A stretch of DNA of 64,000 bases from the human T2T-CHM13v2.0 reference genome, Homo sapiens. Below the pieces are notes generated by a model. That model was not told the origin of the DNA and ran no database searches. It saw nothing but the letters and a program-made list of their open reading frames with translations. How positions within the stretch are numbered: the stretch's first letter is position 1; the number at the start of each line of letters is the position of its first letter. The translations under genes were made by a program, and so were the position numbers. The DNA lies in the NCBI RefSeq assembly GCF_009914755.1, contig NC_060935.1; one strand, written 5' to 3'. This document shows, in pieces, positions 37,801 through 51,670 of the stretch.

Positions 37801-40800
37801 TGTTTGTTTTTTCAATTTTAAGGTCATAAAAATGAAAAGTTACTCTAGTGAGTATTAATTCTCATCATAATCTCCCATATCTACACAATAAATATGGCAA
37901 ATAAGCATTCATCTCACAGATGAGGAAACTGAGGCCTACTGTGTAATAATAATACAGCCAATCTGATACATGGTGGCATATGGCACAGCAGAAAGAACTG
38001 AGGTATGGAATGAGGCTATAAAAATCAATGACTTCAGGAAGAAGCCTTTAGAATTGAAGCTTTTTAGCTGGATATGAACAGCAAGAGTTATGTAAAATGC
38101 AGAAAGTGCCAGGTTTTCTTTTCATAACTATTGACAAAGAAAGGAAAGAGAACATTTGAAACCTGTAATAAACATTCTTAATTCAAATATCATTTAAACT
38201 CATTAATCATTGGGAATTTGTATCTGTATTTATCTTTAAAAGGAAGCATAAAGAGCTCTGTTATCCCTTTAGACAAAAAAGAGAGAGATAAAAAATGAAA
38301 CTTGCAGAAAGGCCATAAATATAGGACTTACAACATTACTGCCTTAATAACAATTCTTCACTAATAGAATACATGACACCGTACCTTTACATAATGAAGA
38401 CTAAACATAGCAGAAACTACATAATGGCTGTTCCACTGTGGATCAATTTGAGTCTAACATAACAGAAATGATCACCAATCCCAAGACGTTATGGAATAGT
38501 AAACTTACGATATTGTGCGGCTTTTCAAGTTTATGTGACTATGATTATTTAATTTTCTTTTGTGCGTGCTCAAGTATAGCTGTTATGTGACTACACATGA
38601 GAGAACCTGAAATTAATTTGTCTGTATGAGATCAGTGACTGTACAAATTCTTATGAAAACTAACATGCCATGACAATAGTAATTTTGATAAAATTACAGC
38701 AAGTGCTGCAATTCTCTGCCATCTGGCTGTCTCGTCATAACTACTTTGATGCGCTTTTTATTACTTATTTATTTACTTAAACTACTGGTAGAGTTTTAGA
38801 GCATGTAAATTATCACAATGGAATATTTTGAATGTTAAAGGAAGACTATCTTCATATATAAATGCCAAACTTTACACAAAATTATGAGACTCTAGCCTTT
38901 TTGATGGAAAAAATATTACTTAAGGAAAAGTTATATTTTAGAAAGTTTCTTAATTCATTTGCTATACTTTGTTACTATGTTCAGTCCTTAAAGCACAGCA
39001 ACCCTCTCTATGAAGCTGCCCTTGAATTTTTTCTACAGCAATGAAGTACTATATATTTAACTATTGTTTATATCCCTAAATGTGGAATTCGGTACCTTCA
39101 ACTTCATTGCATACTTCCTAAATTTCCCATCATTGTGTAGTTACTATTACATAAGTACTAACCAAACCAACATCATTTGCATCATTTATGAAATATGGAA
39201 GTCACATCAAATCTCTATCCAACATGAGTCCTTTTCGTTTTACAAACTAAGAAAAATGAAGATTCAAAATATTCAAATTAGTTCATAATAGCTACCCTTC
39301 ATGTGCTTAAGGTCCAATTTTATTTAAGGACTAGAAACTTCTGTTTCCTTATAGTCAAATGATATCTCTTCATAATATTCATGTTGCCTAAATTCTCTGC
39401 CTCCAACTCTCATAAAAATTCAAGTCTCCACTGTGTGTTAAAGGCACAAAGGATGAGGCCTGATACATATCCCCAAAGAACACTTTTTCTAAGTCGGCAG
39501 ATAGTTGACATACTTAATGGTAACTCTTTGTCATGCAGGAAATGATTTTAGCCCATTTTCCAGGGGGTCAGAATGTATACCATAAACCTCACAGAAATAA
39601 CACTTGTTGATTACTTGGAAAGAAAGCAGATAATTTCAAGTAATATTTTTTTCTGATCAATAAGAATATAAATAGGGTTGAATAATATTAGCCAAAAAAG
39701 CAACTTAGTGACATCTTAATCGTGTGTACAATCAGGATATTTGATTATCTACACTGATGATATCCATACCATAATACATGGTAAAAACAATTTCAAAAAC
39801 CTCTTTTGACTCAGTTGGCATAAAAAACTTCTTGTAGATGGTAGAAAATAGCTTAGCTGTAATTCACTTGGAACTAATTTCAGTCATTGCTAAAGCATGC
39901 TGGGTTGAAAATTAGTGTCAAATGACAAAATGGCATGACTTCTTAAAAGCATTTGAACTCAAATTTTATGTGCCCACAATGCACCTGAATTAAAGTTTTC
40001 AGGATCTGTGACTAAACCACAGTTACATATTGCAACGATATTCTCACCTCAGTCTTAAAGAAAATTGTACCTATTATTACACTCAAGATTTAGAAAGGCA
40101 TATCTCATAGATATGCCCTTCTGTATAATCTAAAGCACATAATTAGTATAAAAAAACAATAATGCAATGATATATAGTCTGTAAAACAAAATATTATCTG
40201 ATTTCAGATGCTATAAATAACATATAATAAAGCTATTTTTTCTAACACAGATAAAGTTGTTAAAATAACTTTTAATTCCTAAAAGCATCTCAAAATAAAA
40301 CCAAAATAAACATTCTTAATACAAATGCATAAAACCATGAGATTGTTTTTGAATAATACAGACCCTCTTGTATATTATCCAAATACTTTTTTTAGTGGTC
40401 CAATTTTACCTTTGTCTAAAAGGTTTTAAGATTATCAGTAATAGAACAAATGTCTTCTCGAAATGTTCAGAGTCATATTTGTCAGTATCATTTACAGTTC
40501 TTCTCACTATGCACTCCCTATCAAATACGCTAACTAGAGTTACTGATGCCCTGTCCATCTTTTTTACTGCAATTTCACATTTGAATATAGTAATTATTTA
40601 GTAGCCTTTAAACCATTCCTGTTTTCATTATTTACTCACAGCATGATAAATCTGAGGTAGTAAAAACTCAGAGAAAACATAACAAAGACCTGGGTTTTCA
40701 AATAGACTAGCAAATTTGAAATGTGGAAACTGCAAAGTCACACTGTGATAAACCTATTTGATGTTTTTTTCCTAATGAAATAAACATACAAGATTGTGTT

Positions 40801-43800
40801 TTCCCCATAAAGTTGAATTTCTTATTTTGAACATGGGCTTTCTACTAAGAGGAATTTTTGTACATCATTCTGTGTGTGATTAATGATAGCTCTGTATCAC
40901 CAGGGAGTTTTGTCTATTTAAATCTAAAACTGTGGCAAACTAAAGGGTTTAGTTGGAGATTAATTAACATTAAAGAGTATATTTTGTTCATAGCACTGTG
41001 CAGTAAGTCAACACGCTTTCAGTTTACTCCCTGTTTGAATTAAGCTAAGTATGACCTGCCTCCAGCCAAAAAGTATGTTATGAAGAGTAAAACAGATGCT
41101 AAGATTTTACGATGACAATGTTGAACATGAAAGAAAAGAACTGCTACCTCTAAACTTCGATCAGTGAGAGGAAATTTGGATTCTTTTCCTGTTCCATTTC
41201 CTACTCTCCTGCAGGAATAAAATTTATCAAATCTCTCCGTCTGCCAACCCAAAGATCAACACAAATGATAACCTTCTTTTCAAAACAAGTGAACTTCTAA
41301 GGCAAGAAATCAAAAACATTCTCACTACATATTTTATAATTCCTGAAATAAAAGCTCCTTATCAATCATAAGCAAAACGGGGTACCAGGAGTGGAAAAAA
41401 AATACAATCTATTTTTTAATTGCCATTACACAAAATTCAAGAAGAAAAAGAAGACTTTTCTGCTTAAAATGTTCTGTTTCTGTTAAGTGGCTCTTTAAAG
41501 AAAGGTATCTTTTAGACTGAGAAAACAATGGTGATGTAAGTAATATTTGCTATGATATCAGTGTGCAGATGCCTATGATATTTCATTTGTGGAGGGGACA
41601 AATATAGTTTTATAAGCTCTTTAATATATATTTTTTAAATTGACATTATTTTAGCAAACAAATATTTTGTTTCAGATATTCTATGTTGTTTTGGTTCTTC
41701 TCTCACTACTATAAATTTTAGAATGATATGTAATTGATGAGAAAATACTGTTCTGTATTCACATCAAATCAAGTCTCTAAGCCACATGATTCTACCTGAT
41801 ACTTCTTTATAACAATAAAATGCATTTTGAGCTTTGCTTTTTTCTCGAATATGAGGCTGACATTCGTGTTAACTTTCAATGAGGTTTTGTCTTATATATT
41901 TTAAAAGAATACATTATTGATACAGATATTTACTTTTCTTACTATAGAAAGGCCAAAGAAGAGTTATTTATCTTTACATATCCATAATAGGAATTTTATT
42001 TCCATGGTATCCATTACAGAGACACACTGACAAAAGGAAGCCCCCCTCCATGTAAGATGATAATTTTCATAATATACACAGTTAAACTGGTAAAATTTGT
42101 AAGATCATCAAAATTCTTCAATTTTTACTTCAATTTGAAATAAAATGATGTGAAATATAGTTATTGTGGGTATCGACTTGAAAAAAAAAAGATTTCATAT
42201 ACTTGGACCAATAAGTCATGTATACAAATCATTTTTTTTTCCTGGCAATTTTGAACTGCTTATCTTTCATAGGATTTCTTATGGCTATTTACATTTTCAC
42301 TCAGTGAAAATCAATTACCTTCTTGCAATAAGCCTCATTTACTACCTTTGAGTATAATAGAAACACCATTAGGATGATGACATTACCCAAAAGAAGGGCA
42401 CCACACAGTTGGTAGACATAAATTAAGGGCCCTTTCACATATGCATTAGAAATACTGCTGTGACTGAAATATGCATAAAGTCTGTGTCTATTAGAGCTAT
42501 TAGCGTGTGGGGGTGATGATTTTGAAGGGGGAGGGAAGGATTGGTAGATTGTGATCTACTACTTTGACAAAATTATGTATTTCCTTTTTTGCCTGGTATG
42601 TGCCATTGATGCAATAAGCCTGGGCCCCCAGCTGAGTTGCATTTGGAAATGCCACTGAGCATGGTACACGCGCTTCACTTCCCTTTGCCGAAGCAAGACA
42701 CTGTCAGGAATAGAGTGCATATGTGCCGCCAAGCCCACTCCTCCTCCATCACCCTGACCTCCACGGCTTTGCGGATGTCTGCCTGGGTGAAGCCACCACT
42801 CATGTGGAAAACAGCTCCTGCAGATCAATTCATAGGATTTAGAGACATTTAACTTCCATCAAGCTCACATCATCTTATTGGTATTTGAGGACTAACTTAT
42901 TACTGAACATTAATGGCCATAACATAGAGAATTGTATATTTCCCAGGGCAAGAAAAAAAAAAACCACTAATCTAGAAATTCCCCCCTCTGAGACTAGGAA
43001 ACAGAGGAAACCACACTTATACCCAGTTATTTTTATCTGAGTTCTTATAAGCTTAAGGAAAACAAAATTATAATACATATTGACCTCGGAGTATGAGTGA
43101 AGGTTATGTACCTTATAAAAAAGTGTTAGGATTACAAATTGTAATTTCTGATGAATTATTTTCAGATTCATTTATCATTTAGGCAGTCTTACAAATATTG
43201 GAGACATGTGGATAGTTCTTCATTAAAGAATTTTGAATCACGAACATGTAAGGATTACATGAAAGGCTTAAAAGAAGTGTAGTAGAATGGTAGGAACTAA
43301 CAGGTTGTCATTTTTGAAACTCAGAAGAATTGGCAAATGCTAGAAATTAATATTTTCTTTCAAAATGATAAATATGTAAAACTTTGTTTTCATTACTGAC
43401 TTCTCAAATCCATATCATTGTGCTTTTCCGAAAAAAAATCCCCTAACCTGGTAATGTTAAAATATCTGAGATCAAAGAGCTATGTATGTAACTTACTAAG
43501 AATTAACACAGTCTAATTTTAGATATTATTATACTTTTTTGGAGAGATTTATTGTAATAACTTCAATTTTTAAAGCTTTTATAATGTTTATCTTACAAGA
43601 ATTTGAAAAGCAAAATACTGAAAATGTGTCCTACAGATGTTATTTTTACTACTTATTGTGGAAAAGTGGTAAAAATGTACACACTTATTGTATAAGACAA
43701 ATCTCTATGTCTTATACAATAATACTATTTCTGGAATCATAGTTAAATCTATATATCATATTTTATTACTATAAAGAAAGCCAGCAATATTGTGAAAATA

Positions 43801-45488
43801 ATTTAATCATCACATTATTAGGTTCTTATGAAATGAAAAAGAAATTTTCTCTCAAATAAGCATTGAACCTCAATCTATGCTGGAATAACAAACAATCTAG
43901 AGAGACAATGACATTTGTAGTGTAGAGCCTGTAACTCTAAAACAGCCATTATATTTTTCTTTTAAGTCATTATGGACAAATTAAATTATGTGATCTTATG
44001 CTACAAATGTACCGAGACATTTTAATATGTTTGATATTCTGTAAATAATATTTTTCTAAGTGGTATATATTTAGTTAAATCAAGTGACACAATGATACCT
44101 CTGCATATAAACTCAGTTCTGTGGAGAATAATACAATAAAGAAATAGACTTCCCTTAGTCAACCTCCTTTGTGCTTGGAGGCTGATAAGTGGGGCCAAAT
44201 CCCTATGAAATTTGGCTTGCTGAGTTCATCACCTGCATTTTATATGTCCATCAAATAAATGAGAGGCCCACAAAGTTCATATAGATCAAGATCTCAGGAT
44301 CTAAATGAACTCCCAAGAAATATTGCTTCAGATTAATGACTCAGAAATCAAAAGGATATAGGTCATAACAAGTGAACAATTAGTTTCCATCAACATTTTA
44401 AGTACTAATATTATGTGACATGGTATATTTTAATTTTAATTCACCAGCTCATGTCTTGTAGGAATATTGTATTTCCTAATGTTTCTGATTTAATTTCCTT
44501 TAAAAAGTTAGACTGCTATGGAAAGAAGCCATATGCATAATCGAGAAACAAAATGAACAAATAACACGTCAGATTGATATAATACAATCATGCCTCAGAT
44601 ACATAATTGTATTATACAATTATGATACATACATACATATGCCTCAGTAAAAAAAAAAAATTGTAGGGAAAAATACTAATGAGACAGTGTAAATGAAAAT
44701 GGAAACTGAAGGTGTAATTGAGGTAACCATACAAATAACAGGCATACAAACAACAAATGGATTGGACAGATTTATCATTCCTTTGCTATAATTAGAGATG
44801 AGCTTTCTTGTTCCCATTGAAAGAAGAGAGTTGGTTTGAAGTTGTGGGGACAGTTTTCTTTTCCTTTTCTTATTTTAATTAGTTCAGCAAAGTGGAGTTG
44901 AAAGAGCTAACAGGAGGATAAAATAAATCCAAACTGCTTGCAAGTACCTCGGGACAATTACCTTACTCTTTTTAGATCCAACATAATCAACTCCTGCAAT
45001 TTAGTGGATCTATTTTAAAAGATAGCGGCGCCTGCTTTTCCCCTAATCCTTGTAAAAAAAAGACACACCTGGCAGAGGTGGGAGGCCTTGGCTGTTTAAA
45101 AAAAGGATGGACAGCCCTTCCAGCAATTCCATCCCAGCTGTTTAGAGAGGGGCAGTTTCATCTGTCTCCAGGGCACAAGTGGTAAATGAGATAATTGCAG
45201 CAGCAATGATTTATGCACAAGATTGTATGTTGTCTGATAATTACAGGCACAAAAATTGCCCACGCTACAAAGCTGGCCCAAAAAAGTCTGTTTCAAGTGT
45301 AGAGAGGAAGAACTTAAACCTTGGTCAAAAGAAATTATAAACAACTTACCAGGGGAAAAAATTATGTGTGTATACACACACATACACACACACATATAAT
45401 TACATATATATTTATTTATATACTCTGTTTTACATGATCTTATTTTTGTTTCTATTTTCAGGTCATTTAACATCTATCCTAATTTCTG

Positions 45489-45649
45489 CTGTTCTGATTT
45501 TGATTTTTCTATTTTCTTAATTCCTTCTATATTTATAACTGGAATTCTCCTGTAAGAAAGAGTTGTTTCTTCTCTCCCATTCATTTATTTATTCAGTATA
45601 CATTTATAACAGTATAAATTCATGAATATTTATCTTAAGTTTTGGCTTA
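45489..45649 (-). repeat. 161-bp copy of the L1 3'UTR segment at 47884-48044
   Basis: Ungapped manual alignment, 11 mismatches. Confidence 0.9.
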
Positions 45650-45752
45650 AGATAAATTCTGAGGAATTATATTTCCCAGTTGGGCATAGCTATTAATTAT
45701 TTGAAGGTTTCAAATATCACAGTAACCTAAACTAATACGTTAAATGAAAAAA

Positions 45753-46873
<1,121 letters not shown>

Positions 46874-47204
46874 TAGAAAGTTATCTTGTCATGAAATACA
46901 TTCTGATTGGCATTTTTGTTAATGACTACTTTGTGCTACAAAAAGTCACCTTGTCTCACTTTCATATATCCATTCTGTATACATTTTATATACACATTAA
47001 CTGACTCAGCACACCTTGGTAGTGTTTGGTGAATGGAGTGATAAGAATAATACATTTATGGAGGATGTTTTAGGTCCAGGCAAAAGTGCCCAGAAAAGTT
47101 CTATACAATTGCAAGGTGAGAGCTGTTCAGCAGATTCTAGTTTTTGTGATTGCTTTGTTTCAGAATTATATCTAAGTAATCTCAGAATTTTAAAAGAATT
47201 CCTT

Positions 47205-48165
47205 TTATTTTGAACTCTTTATTTGGAGATAATTTTAGACTTACAGAAGACCTGTGAAAATAGTACAGAGTTCCCATATATCCTTCACCCAGTTTCTCTA
47301 TTAACATCTTGCATTACCATTGCATGATTATCAATACTAAGAAATTAACATTGGTGTGACAGTATTAGCTAAACTACAGGCTATGTATTTGTATTTCATT
47401 AGGTTTTTCCACTAATGTCCTTTTTCTTTTCCAGGATCCAATCCAGGATACCACACTGCATTTAGTTATCACGTCTCCTTAGTCTCCTCTGACCTGTGAT
47501 AATTTGTCAGTAATTTCCCTTGTCTTTCATGACGTTTATGCTTTTGAAGAAAACTAATCAGTAACATATCCCTTACTTTTGACTTGTCTAATGTTTTCTC
47601 ATAATTAAACTGAGATTACAGATTTAGGGGAAGAGTACCACAGAGCTGTGTGTGCCCTTCTCATCCCATCGTCTCAGAAGGCACATGCTGAAATGTTTTA
47701 TCACCAGTGATGTTACCTTTGATCACTTGCTCTCTGCCATGTTTCTCCACTGTAAAATAACTATATTTCCTTAGTAATTAATAAATACTTGGACAACTTA
47801 TATGAAAATGTCTTGCTTTTCCTTAAACTTTCACTAATCTTAGCCTGCACTGATGGATCTTGCTTACAGCAATTATTGTTATACTGTTCCGATGTTGATT
47901 TTTCTATTTTCTTAATTCCTTCTACATTTATAACTGGAATTCTCCTGTAAGAAAGAGTTGTTCCTTCTCTCCTATTCATTTATTTATTCAGGATGCGTTT
48001 ATAAGAGTATAAATTCATAAATATTTATCTTAAGTTGTGGCTTATATTTATTGTTTTGCTCAAATCGTTCCAGCTTTGGCCACTGAGAGATTTTTTCAGA
48101 TTGGCTCCTGTGCCCCTTCAACATGCCCCCATTTTATTTGTAAAGCAATTCCTAGCTTTTTGGGA
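47205..48165 (-). mobile_element. L1MC/L1MD-type 3' end
   Basis: cccatatatccttcacccagttt, ccaggatccaatccaggataccacactgcatttagtt. Confidence 0.85.
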
Positions 48166-48707
48166 CCAATCTGCTCTATTTTAAGTAATCGCTGTGAAGT
48201 CGCTCTACTCTATGGAAACTGAATATTTCATCTGACAAACTACATATTCCTTCAAGACTGATCTTGTATCTTTCCACACCTAGCAAAGTAGCTGGCAAGA
48301 GATAGGCATTTGTTGACTGTGCTTCAACTGAAAGCTTATTTATTCTCCTTATTTATTCTGAACTTGAGAAAGGCAAAAACTGTTCACCATATTCTGTGCA
48401 TGTTCTTAAATTTATGTTCGCTGCTTAATCACTGCTCATTTTTCTCATTTCTTTTGGAATAGTCCTAGTTCTCCTGAACATTACTTAGAGATAATCATCA
48501 TCAGTATCATTTTGAAAAAGTCATCACTAAGCCCTGACCCACCTATGTCTCTGTGACAGACACTATAAAAAGCACATTAATAGCAGTGCCTTCTCTACCT
48601 GTCTCCTGCTCTAAACCCCAAAAAAATTCAAAAATGTAAACCACAAACACAACATACAGGCTTTATGAATATTTAGTAAAACAGGATTATAAAATAAAAT
48701 CAATGTG

Positions 48708-48872
48708 CACTTGTCCCTTGGTATTCATGGTGGATTGGTTCCTGGACTCCCTTTGTATACCAAAATCAAGTCCCTTATATATTTTATATACAAAATAGTC
48801 CTAACTACATTTTGAATCAGAGGTTGGTTAAACCCACTGATGCAGAACCTGCAGATACATAGAGTCAACTGT
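48708..48872. mobile_element. MER2 (Tigger-family), internally deleted
   Basis: gtcccttggtattcatggtggattggttcc...gatgcagaacctgcagatac...caactgta. Confidence 0.8.
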
Positions 48873-48949
48873 AATGATCTTAAAATTAATAGTTACAGGG
48901 ATTTACTTTTTTTTCTTTTAGCAGAACTCTGTTCAAATAGATATTTATG

Positions 48950-49175
48950 GTATACTTATTATATGATAAGCATTGATAAACTATTACATGATAAACTAAC
49001 CTATCATAAGAGTTAGGTATTACTATTATGACTATTATGCAGATATGGAAAACTGAGAGATAGAGAGGTAAGTAACATGCCCAAGGTCATATAACTCCTA
49101 AGTCATCAGCCAGTATTTAAACTGAAGCAGCCTGATTATAGCACCTACATGTTTAACCATTCTACCACACTGCCT
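48950..49175 (-). mobile_element. MIR
   Basis: gaaaactgaga...agaggtaagtaacatgcccaaggtcat. Confidence 0.75.
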
Positions 49176-49524
49176 TTGCAGGAGCTCATCACTTAAAGCA
49201 GAGCTACCCTCACTGAAGTAGAGAGTGGGAATGCTTACTTCATCAGTATCATTTTAAATCTTCCCTCAGCCAGTGTTGCAGTAGGATTACTTGATAGGTC
49301 TATAATTGTGCACATATGGCGCCATATTGAAAAGGCATAAAAGCCAATTGGTTTTCTAAACTTGGTTTTTCCCAGAGACTCCTGAAATTCTCCATCACTA
49401 TGATGTCCCAGAACTTACCTTGCCAGATGTGCCCATTAGCAGCTTAACATTTGTTTGTTTTTGCTAGTGATTACCAGGCTCTACCTAATGAAGAAAAATT
49501 GGCCTGCCTCTAAATATTTCTTTC

Positions 49525-49854
49525 TTTTTTTTTTTTTTTTTTGAGAAGGAGTCTCGCTCTGTCACCCAGGCTGGAGTGCAGTGGCGCGATCTCGGCTCAC
49601 TGCAAGCTCCGCCTCCCGGGATACGCCATTCTCCTGCCTCAGCCTCCCCAGTAGCTGGGACTACAGGTGCCCGCCACCTAATTTTTTGTATTTTTACAAA
49701 ATACAAAATTAGCCCGGATAATTTTTCGTATTTTTTAGTAGAGACGGGGTTTCACCGTGTTAGCCAGGATGGTCTCGATCTCCTGACCTCGTGATCCACC
49801 CGCCTCGGCCTCCCAAAGTGCTGGGATTACAGGCGTGAGCCACTGCGCCTGGCC
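49525..49854 (-). mobile_element. AluY with internal fold-back insertion
   Basis: gcaagctccgcctcccggg, ctcgatctcctgacctcgtgatcc; TSD taaatattt(c/a)tttct. Confidence 0.95.
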
Positions 49855-50037
49855 TAAATATTTATTTCTCTTATCAAGATTATCTTTAATTCTAACTTTC
49901 ATTTTATCTCAGCTAACCATTTCCCACAATTCATCATGGTTTTAAAGGAGATTCAAGCAAGCATAGTCTTTTATTTAGTGTTTTTTAGAAAAACAGAGAG
50001 CAGAAGTAGAAATTTGGTTCAGTTAATGAATTTAAGT

Positions 50038-50348
50038 CTTATTGTTCAATTCCCACCTATGAGTGAGAACATGCGGTGTTTGGTTTTTTGTCCTTGCAAT
50101 AGTTTGCTGAGAATGATGTTTTCCAGCTTCACAGGAAGGGGAACATCACGCACTGGGGCCTGTTGTGGGGGGAGGGGGGAGGGATAGCATTAGGAGATAT
50201 TCCTAATGTAAATGACGATTTAATGGGTGCAACACCAACATGGCACATGCATACATATGTAACAAACCTGCACGTTGTACACATGTACCCTAGAACTTAA
50301 AGTATTATATATATATATATACACACACACACATAAAAACTTGAAAAA
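50038..50348 (+). mobile_element. L1PA (PA4-like) 3' end, 5'-truncated and 5'-inverted
   Basis: 50038-50131 antisense L1PA 3' sequence, then sense 3'UTR to the tail; 13-bp TSD aatgaatttaagt (50025-50037 and 50349-50361). Confidence 0.93.
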
Positions 50349-51479
50349 AATGAATTTAAGTGCACATATCAGAACGAAGCATTTGGATACCTGGAGAGTA
50401 TTTGTGAATTTTTTTCACTCTTTTGAGCACCATACTTAATTTTATTTTCTTGATTGCTTACTGTATTTGTTAAACCAACTGAAAAATATGTCTGATTCCT
50501 TGGCGTAACTTCAACTTTTTGTGCATACTTTCATGTTTAGTAATTTCTGCCAAATCTTTGAAAAACAGAACAAGACTTGAGGAGACTCTGGGATTAAAAT
50601 AATTTGTGCTATGGATGTTATGATGATGAAGTCCTGATTTTCTGGGTCAACTGACAAATAAAATACATTAGAGGTCAATTCTAGATTTCATAACAGATTT
50701 TTGGAAGAGGAAAGTATCCAAAAATTATTTTGTTTGACCTGTTTCACTTTCTGGCCTCTCAGCAGGCTCTCTACCATTTGTGTCAATGTGTCTTTGTGGT
50801 TAATAGTGCTCCTGGCATGGAGCATGGTTGAAGACCCAAATAGTGAATTTAACTCAAATTCTATCCTCTAACAACAGGACAGTTCTCCTGGGGAACAATT
50901 CTATTGTTGGAAGTGCTTTCCTTTGGATGTACCTAAGAAAAGATATCTTTTGATGAAAAAAAAAAGGGAGGGAGAAGAGAGAGATAAAGAAAGTTTAGAA
51001 GGCAAGTTTAGAAGGTAAAAGTGAAAAAAAGGGACTTACAAAAGAAATGTTTTTCATATGTCATAAGGTCAAATTTTTTCATAAGTTTTAATTTCATCAT
51101 TTGATGAAGTAACTTTCAAATGTTGATATCTAATCAAGTGTTGATATCTAATATAGTTGTTTGCTGTGGATAGTTATGTATTAATATAAATATGATAAAA
51201 ATTATTTCCAAAATTATTATTTTACCCTCATTAAACCACCACTCTATGACAGGTAATGTATGCTGTAGGGTTACAAGCTATGATCCTTAGTCTACTAAAC
51301 CTTACACATTAGAGGTTTTTGTTTTGTTTTAAGTTCAGGATTTGAAATGAAAAACAGTCAAAGGAAAATGCAACAAAAAGAATTTTAAGGGGACATATAC
51401 AAAGAATTATTTAAATGCAATAGGCAATGTTACCAAAATGTAATGCTTTAAAATGTAATATGCACAATGATATTTAAGA

Positions 51480-51670
51480 GGTCATGCTCTAAGTTTCAAC
51501 TGTTTCAGATCCTGATTGTTCCACTTACTAGCTCTTTGACCTTGAACAACCTTCACTACATTCTCAGTCACTAATTTGTAAATTATGGATAATATTAATA
51601 CCTAAATTCATATGGTAATAAGTGCAAAATGAAGTCCTCGCCAACAACATGGTAGGCACTTGGTACATTT
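51480..51670 (+). mobile_element. MIR
   Basis: ccacttactagctctttgaccttgaacaa. Confidence 0.7.

Noticed and set aside
38509-38606. Possible 98-nt minus-strand exon (atttcag|GTT...ATC|gtaagt)
   Set aside because: Weak polypyrimidine tract and stops in all frames; such site pairs arise by chance
45096-45473. 125-aa minus-strand ORF
   Set aside because: Runs through CA/TA microsatellite; low-complexity translation with no recognisable homology
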